DNA of 64,000 nt from assembly GCF_009914755.1 (NCBI RefSeq), contig NC_060925.1, one strand, 5' to 3'. Position 1 is the stretch's first letter. Every line of letters begins with the position of its first letter. Positions 58,441-64,000 of the stretch are shown here, one piece after another. Under the pieces are notes generated by a model. That model ran no database searches. It was not told the origin of the DNA and saw only the letters and a program-made list of their open reading frames with translations. Source of the DNA: the human T2T-CHM13v2.0 reference genome, Homo sapiens. A program made the position numbers and the translations under genes.

Positions 58441-58705
58441 CCTGGGCCATGAGGAGCACGGAGGAGAAGGACTGGCAGATCCCAGGTGCTGAAGATGTGT
58501 GTCAGCCTGAGGCTTCTTTTCTCTCATTTCCCATGGAAGGACTTCGGAAATGCCTTAAGTTCCCCTCTTTATCCTGCCCATGTTCACTCCATTGTAGGGT
58601 TGAAGTCTAGCTTGTGATATTTTCTGGCCTGGCTTTCCCTCTCAGACATAGCTCTTTGGAGAACTAGGTGTTGTAATTCAGTTATGAAGCTATTTTCTCT
58701 GTAAC

Positions 58706-58711
58706 AATAAA
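58706..58711 (+). terminator. LCE5A: LCE5A polyadenylation signal AATAAA
   Basis: First AATAAA after the stop codon. Confidence 0.85.
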
Positions 58712-59349
58712 GCTTTTTATTCCTGATATCACTGCCTCCTGATTTCATTGTTTGCCTCTCCCACTCCCTACCTGCTGCATCAAGCCATCTTCCCTTCCCT
58801 TCTCTTAAATGCAAGCGAACACTTTACAAACTTGTTTAGGAAGCACATTTTGGCAGTGAAGCTACTTAGGCCTCTGGAAAACAATATTTCCTTCTATGCA
58901 CTGGATTCTGGAACTTTAAGCTTGAAGGAAAGAATAATGTCTGAGACCATTACGCCAGACACAAGATTGTATGAGGAGAGCCAGGAATGGGTTTGAAGAG
59001 AAGAGGATGGTTGTACTCAAAAGGTTCAGGTTCTGAGAGGGTTTCCTTCAAGCATGGGTCACAGTTTGAAAAATTGCTTGTCCCCATTCATGGGGAATAA
59101 GATTGCCTGAAGTGCTCATCCTGGGCTCTAATAAATGGACACTCTTTACTTTTCTGATTATTATAAGCTCAGGTGTTTCCATCAGTTGGCTAGAGGGAGA
59201 GCTGGGTGGGCAGTGAGTGAGTTTTGGAGGCAGATATGAAACGTCTGAGCACATTTTCCCTGCATGCTGAAATCCTGGATTTGAATCTGGGTAAAGAACT
59301 GAGAAAGACACCCTTCTTTGCAAAGACTGTCTCTATGTGGTTGGGACGT

Positions 59350-59351
<2 letters not shown>

Positions 59352-59388
<37 letters not shown>
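59352..59388. repeat. (TG)n microsatellite
   Basis: Directly visible. Confidence 0.95.
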
Positions 59389-59392
<4 letters not shown>

Positions 59393-60682
59393 GAGAGGTA
59401 TAAGAGTACAGGGGTTTTGGTCCCTGTGTTGGGTTTTCCAAGCAACATTTCTTTAGGAATGGGCTGGTTCCTTCAGGAGACACTCATAATGTACCTAGAA
59501 AAGATAACTAGAAAAGTTAATTCCAAATCAGCCTTTAATATAAAAGATAAACAATTGATGCCTCCTTTGATAAGAGTTAATAGCGATAAATAAAGTAAGC
59601 TGGTTTATGAGATCATAGGATGCCCACAGAATGAGTAGGCACTTGCCCAGATTATCTCCTTATACTGATTCCTACCAAACGTTCTTCATTCTTTTTTTTT
59701 TTTTTTAAAAGAACTTTGCCCATTTTCCCAGAGGAGATCCTGCCTCTGTCTTGTTATTTCATTACTTCCTTCTCTGTTCTAATATTGACTTTACTTTTTG
59801 GAATGTCTCACCTATACTCACCAACAGGTGCTCTAGGAACTGGCAACCTGTTAATCAGGCTCTAAATCCATGTTAAATGAAACTGGTATCTTTTGTGACT
59901 TATCTTTCCTCGCCTAGTCCCTTGAGCCACTCCCAGCTCACTCGCCCCCAAACCTGTCTCTCATCCTTAATTCCTGAATTCTTAGTCTTGGACTTCTGTT
60001 ATAGTTCACATTCACAGTTGTGGGCAATTTGATTAAGAAGCAGTTCTGAAGTTGACTGCCAAAGTATCCTCCAATTCTTAAAAATTAGTTATTCTGAAAA
60101 CACTATCTATCATGAACACTTTGGACCTTTGGAAAGAACTTTCTTTCTTTCTTTCTCTTTTTTTTCTTCTTTCCCTCCCTCCCTTCTTCCTTTCCCATTT
60201 TCTTTTGCACTGGGCAGTGGCCCTAGGGAGAACTTATCTTCAAAGGCAGATTGGTGGTTGGGGGTGGGATAAGAAGCAGGAGTCCCACAGGCTGACTAGC
60301 CTTTTTGCAATTGGGCCACTGTCCTGCACACATTTTTCTCTTTGTCATACCATGCTGTATTATGGGGATATGGCAACCTGACTACATTCACAACTTTTCT
60401 GGTCTTATGGTTCCTTAACTTTGCCTAGGTTTTTCTTCCTGTCTCCAGTGACAGAGAGAAATCACCCCTGGGGTTCCCAAAGGTGCATCCCCGTCATCAT
60501 CTTCACTCACTGCATCTTGAAGCATATGGATGAAACCCAGCAGGCTTATCGCATAGCTTGTGGTCTGCCCTGGGGAGCCAAGGACCAAGAGCCAGAGAGA
60601 TGAGAATCAAGATAAAAATAGGTGAACTACCACCTACCAAGTAGATGACTACATAGGAATGGATGTGTGGGCAAGTGGAGCC

Positions 60683-60685
<3 letters not shown>

Positions 60686-60728
<43 letters not shown>
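60686..60728. repeat. (TG)n microsatellite in the CRCT1 upstream region
   Basis: Directly visible, ~270 bp upstream of the TATA box. Confidence 0.95.
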
Positions 60729-60730
<2 letters not shown>

Positions 60731-60999
60731 TGAAGACAAGGGCAGGGGTTCCAGACCTCCCTGCATTTGAGCCCCATGCCCTCTCTTAGCATACACACAG
60801 CCTCCCAGGTACAAACAGTGCCCTGTTTGGAAAGTAAACATGCCATAGCAATCCTGGCACCTCTGTGAAGTGACTTAGATGCCCACATGCACCACCTACA
60901 ATGCTACCTGAGTGATGAATGTCTCTGGGATGTGAGTGTCAGCTGAGCACGTCTGTTGGGAAATGGGCCCCTCCCAAGAGCCTGAACCTGAATACTTCT

Positions 61000-61006
61000 T
61001 ATAAAA
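61000..61006 (+). promoter_or_regulatory. CRCT1: CRCT1 TATA box (TATAAAA)
   Basis: Canonical TATA ~100 bp before a strong splice donor. Confidence 0.85.
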
Positions 61007-61029
61007 AGGTTCTCTGGCTGGACGCTGCT

Positions 61030-61101
61030 CAATCCACTGCCTAGCAGGTGGCCCATTCCAGTTGGAGAACGTAGTGAGTCTTTCAGTGGAGCCAGGGTCT
61101 G
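61030..61101 (+). other. CRCT1: CRCT1 non-coding exon 1; intron 61102-61910
   Basis: CTG|GTAAGT donor; ctgcctttcttccag|G acceptor 22 nt before the ATG; TSS approximate. Confidence 0.8.
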
Positions 61102-61877
61102 GTAAGTCTCCTAGCAGGGTCTGGGGGAGAGGGTGGGATGAGTTGAGGGCACAGGGGAGGAGCAAACAGAACACAGGCAGCAGATAGATGTGGAAGGGGT
61201 GTCCCGCAAGGCACCTACGCTTCTAGTGAGCCAACCTCTTAAGGTACTAATGAGGACATAAAGGCAACATAGGAGGTGGTTTTTGCAAGGGTACACAGCA
61301 AGTCCGCAGAAGAGCTGTGACTAGAACCCAGGTCTTTCAGCTCCCTGGATGGGGTTATTTATATTGGCACAACTCTCCTTTCCCACATGGTTGTGGGGCA
61401 TGAGAGGCGTAGGCAAGAAAGAATGATCAGGACATGCTTCTGGCCTGTGGATTATTTAGACCCAGCAGGTGGGACCGCCTGTTGGACTTGGGTGTTTTCT
61501 AACTGATGGGGGTGTAGTAACTAGGAAGATACAGTCGAAGGTCGGTAGGAAAGTAAAATGAGGGACAAGAAAAAAGCCAAGTGGAGATTTTGGACTGGAT
61601 CATACAGATAAGTTGCCGCAGTGTGCTGTTTATTTTCCACTGTGGAGAACTTGAGCAGTCTTCTTCTAGTCAGAGAAAATGGAAATGCATTGATTCATTG
61701 CATGGATTGTGTCCTGCTCTGAGCATGTTTAACTCACTGGAAACACCTGCTTGGATTTGCTTCTTTGCGTCCGCTCTTTCTGGGTGCTTTTCCCTCCTTG
61801 TCCCAGGCCAGGCTGACTTGTACACTAAGCCGAATCTCAAAAGCCCAGACAGAGTTCCATTGGTGGAAAGAAAAAGC

Positions 61878-62345
61878 CGGCTCGCCTTTGAAAGGCTGCC
61901 TTTCTTCCAGGTTTGTCGTGAGGAGCTCCGCGATGTCCTCTCAACAGAGCGCCGTTTCCGCCAAAGGCTTTTCCAAGGGGTCGTCCCAGGGCCCCGCTCC
62001 GTGTCCCGCCCCGGCGCCCACCCCGGCGCCCGCCTCCTCCTCCTCCTGCTGCGGCTCCGGCAGGGGCTGCTGCGGCGACTCAGGCTGCTGCGGCTCCAGC
62101 TCCACCAGTTGCTGCTGCTTCCCAAGGAGACGCCGCCGACAGCGGAGTAGTGGTTGCTGCTGCTGCGGGGGCGGCAGCCAGAGGTCCCAGCGCTCCAACA
62201 ACCGGAGCTCAGGATGCTGCTCCGGCTGCTGAGAGGCCCGCAACCCCCAGCGCTGCGCTAGAGAAACCCGCCCAGCCCAGAGCGGGCCCGCCCCGCTGCG
62301 GCTCCCACGCGGGGCTGGGCCTCGGAGTTTGCCCCGTAAAGCGAA
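61878..62345. other. CpG-island-like region over CRCT1 exon 2
   Basis: Dense CpG and high GC relative to the CpG-poor flanks. Confidence 0.8.
61933..62232 (+). CDS. CRCT1: Cysteine-rich C-terminal protein 1 (NICE-1), 99 aa
   Basis: MSSQQSAVSAKGFSKGSSQGPAPCPAPAP...CCCFPRRRRRQRSSGCCCC...SGCCSGC; first ATG after the acceptor. Confidence 0.97.
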   Translation: MSSQQSAVSAKGFSKGSSQGPAPCPAPAPTPAPASSSSCCGSGRGCCGDSGCCGSSSTSCCCFPRRRRRQRSSGCCCCGGGSQRSQRSNNRSSGCCSGC

Positions 62346-62533
62346 TTGCACTTTGATGTTCAGAAACCCACTTTGTTCTCAGCCACGCAAAACTCCCTGA
62401 CCCCGATGTGATTTTTCTCCCCGGGGATTCGAGAGCCATGCGTGGGACACTGGACCCTACTGTCTACACGGGCTTGCACACAGCAGGTGCTCAGCAAATG
62501 TCTATTGATTTGATTGTCTTTTGAAGATGTCAT

Positions 62534-62539
62534 AATAAA
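62534..62539 (+). terminator. CRCT1: CRCT1 polyadenylation signal AATAAA
   Basis: AATAAA followed by a T-rich downstream element. Confidence 0.85.
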
Positions 62540-62699
62540 GCTTCTACCTCCTGAGAACACCTTTTATTTGTTCTTCATTCGTTTCTCCACCCAGGTAGAA
62601 AGGCTTGAAATGTTTGTGAAAGGCAGAATACTATAATTCATGCCTGAACAAGAAGGTGGCTTTCTGATAGTTAATTATGATAGCAGCGATCACATATCG

Positions 62700-62910
62700 A
62701 CTGTTTCGAGTATTTTAAGGATTTTATGCGACAAAGTCCTTGAATATTCTCAGGACTTTATGTGGCACAATCTGATTCTCATAATGACTTGCGTAGGAGA
62801 GTGCAATTATACCCATTTTACAGAAGAGAAACTGAGGTTAAGTAATTTGTTCAAAGTCACCCAGCTGGCGCATGATAAAGAAGACAGGACATCTGATTCA
62901 AGGGCTTCAT
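62700..62910 (-). mobile_element. MIR (one of many; similar relics near 4060, 6320, 17720, 43830, 45700, 46880, 52200, 52680, 55000, 56100 and 63470)
   Basis: MIR core cccattttacagaagagaaactgaggttaagtaatttgttcaaagtcacccagc. Confidence 0.7.
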
Positions 62911-64000
62911 TGCTCTGCTGAGTTCTCACCTGGGCTTCCCAAGCCTTACCACTGAGGTGCTCCTCCCGACCACCAGGTCCAGGCAGCTGTGTGGTAAAAG
63001 TTTGTTTTGGCAACTCTTTGGGGCTTTGGAATCAAGCCAGCTGTCTTCTTTTTTTTTTTTTTTAGTTTTATGTCTTATTTTATTTTTTATTTTTGGCATG
63101 GAAGTTCATTGACCTACTGCTTTGCTTGCTGGGGAGGAAATTTTTCCTAAGATGAGCCTTCCAGGAAACTGGGAGCTGCCCTCTCCAGGTCTCATTTGTG
63201 CAGCTGAAGCAGGACCAACAGCCATGGGTTTCTGGGAGTCTCTGTGGTGCAGCATGTGTGCTCGGAAACATGGGGATCTCATTCTTTAGAGATGGTGGCT
63301 GTGGCAGTGGCAATGGATGGGTCATCTTGCATAGGTCAGAAACCTATCCCTGTGGGCACAGATTTTATCCACTCATTTCAGGCACGAGGAAACAGGAGAA
63401 CAATATCCTCTGCATGGTGTCTGCTGGGTTCAGAAGGAAGAGATAATCATGGTAATAATAATAGTAACACTAGTTACCATTTATTTGGCACTATATTTCA
63501 GGCACAAGTCAAGGCACTTTACCTATATTATCTCACTTAATCCTCACAGTAATCTAAAAATATAGACATTCACTTCCCCACTTTTTATACGTGAGCACAT
63601 GGGTTTAGACAGTTCCAGTGGTTTGGCTGAAATCACAGAGCTAGTGAATGTCCCCTTGAGTGAGGGAGATGAGATTGAAACTGGAACCTGTGTGACTCCA
63701 AAGTCATGCCCTCACACTCAAAGAGTCATGCTCTACTGTCTTAGAAATCACCACCACACAGGGAAGAGACACTCGGGTCTCTGGACACACCCAGGCTCTC
63801 AGAAAATTGCAGCTCGGCTTCTTGGCTGCTGCTCCCTTGGTGACCCAATGAGTGGGGAGCTCTGTCATGGCATCCACCCAGCAGCTGGCGGCTGAGGGTG
63901 TCTGCTCAAAGGTGAGGTCGGAAATGCTCTACTGATTCATCCAGGATGTTTGACCTTGCGGCCAAATGACCCCTTGCCAGGGAGGCTCTGGAGGGCAGTC

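Noticed and set aside
58052-58527. Alternative-frame and antisense ORFs over LCE5A
   Set aside because: Shadows of Cys/Ser/Gly-rich repetitive codons
61581-62351. 189-aa ORF, 155-aa extended CRCT1 ORF and antisense ORFs
   Set aside because: The + strand ones start at non-ATG codons inside the intron, and the splice acceptor at 61910 supports the 99-aa CDS; the antisense ones are GC-rich shadows

Overview
Primate, almost certainly human, DNA from the 1q21.3 epidermal differentiation complex (EDC). The species call rests on an L1HS-Ta element, an SVA and AluY copies. Two two-exon genes on the + strand lie at the right end: LCE5A (CDS 58084-58440) and CRCT1/NICE-1 (CDS 61933-62232). Each has a TATA box, splice sites and an AATAAA. 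The first ~57 kb is intergenic and dominated by transposable elements: an HML-2 LTR5 solo LTR, a full-length SVA, a deleted HERV-I provirus, THE1B/THE1D, MLT1/MLT2, MER61, L1s of several ages, about ten Alus and several DNA transposons. I found no demonstrably new gene system. The best leads are: (i) a ~2 kb degenerate 20-bp tandem array (CCCTAACAGGAGGAGGGGTG) split at its midpoint by a THE1D provirus, which in turn holds a MER61 LTR with a perfect p53/p63 response element; (ii) divergently oriented CTCF motifs suggesting a domain boundary; (iii) an L1HS-Ta inserted almost in register inside an older L1; (iv) an inverted duplication of a twin-primed L1 junction; (v) alternative LCE5A exon-1 donors that include or exclude a uORF; (vi) an AP-1/ARE enhancer candidate. 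Repeat subfamily names are from recalled consensus sequences, not from a database run.
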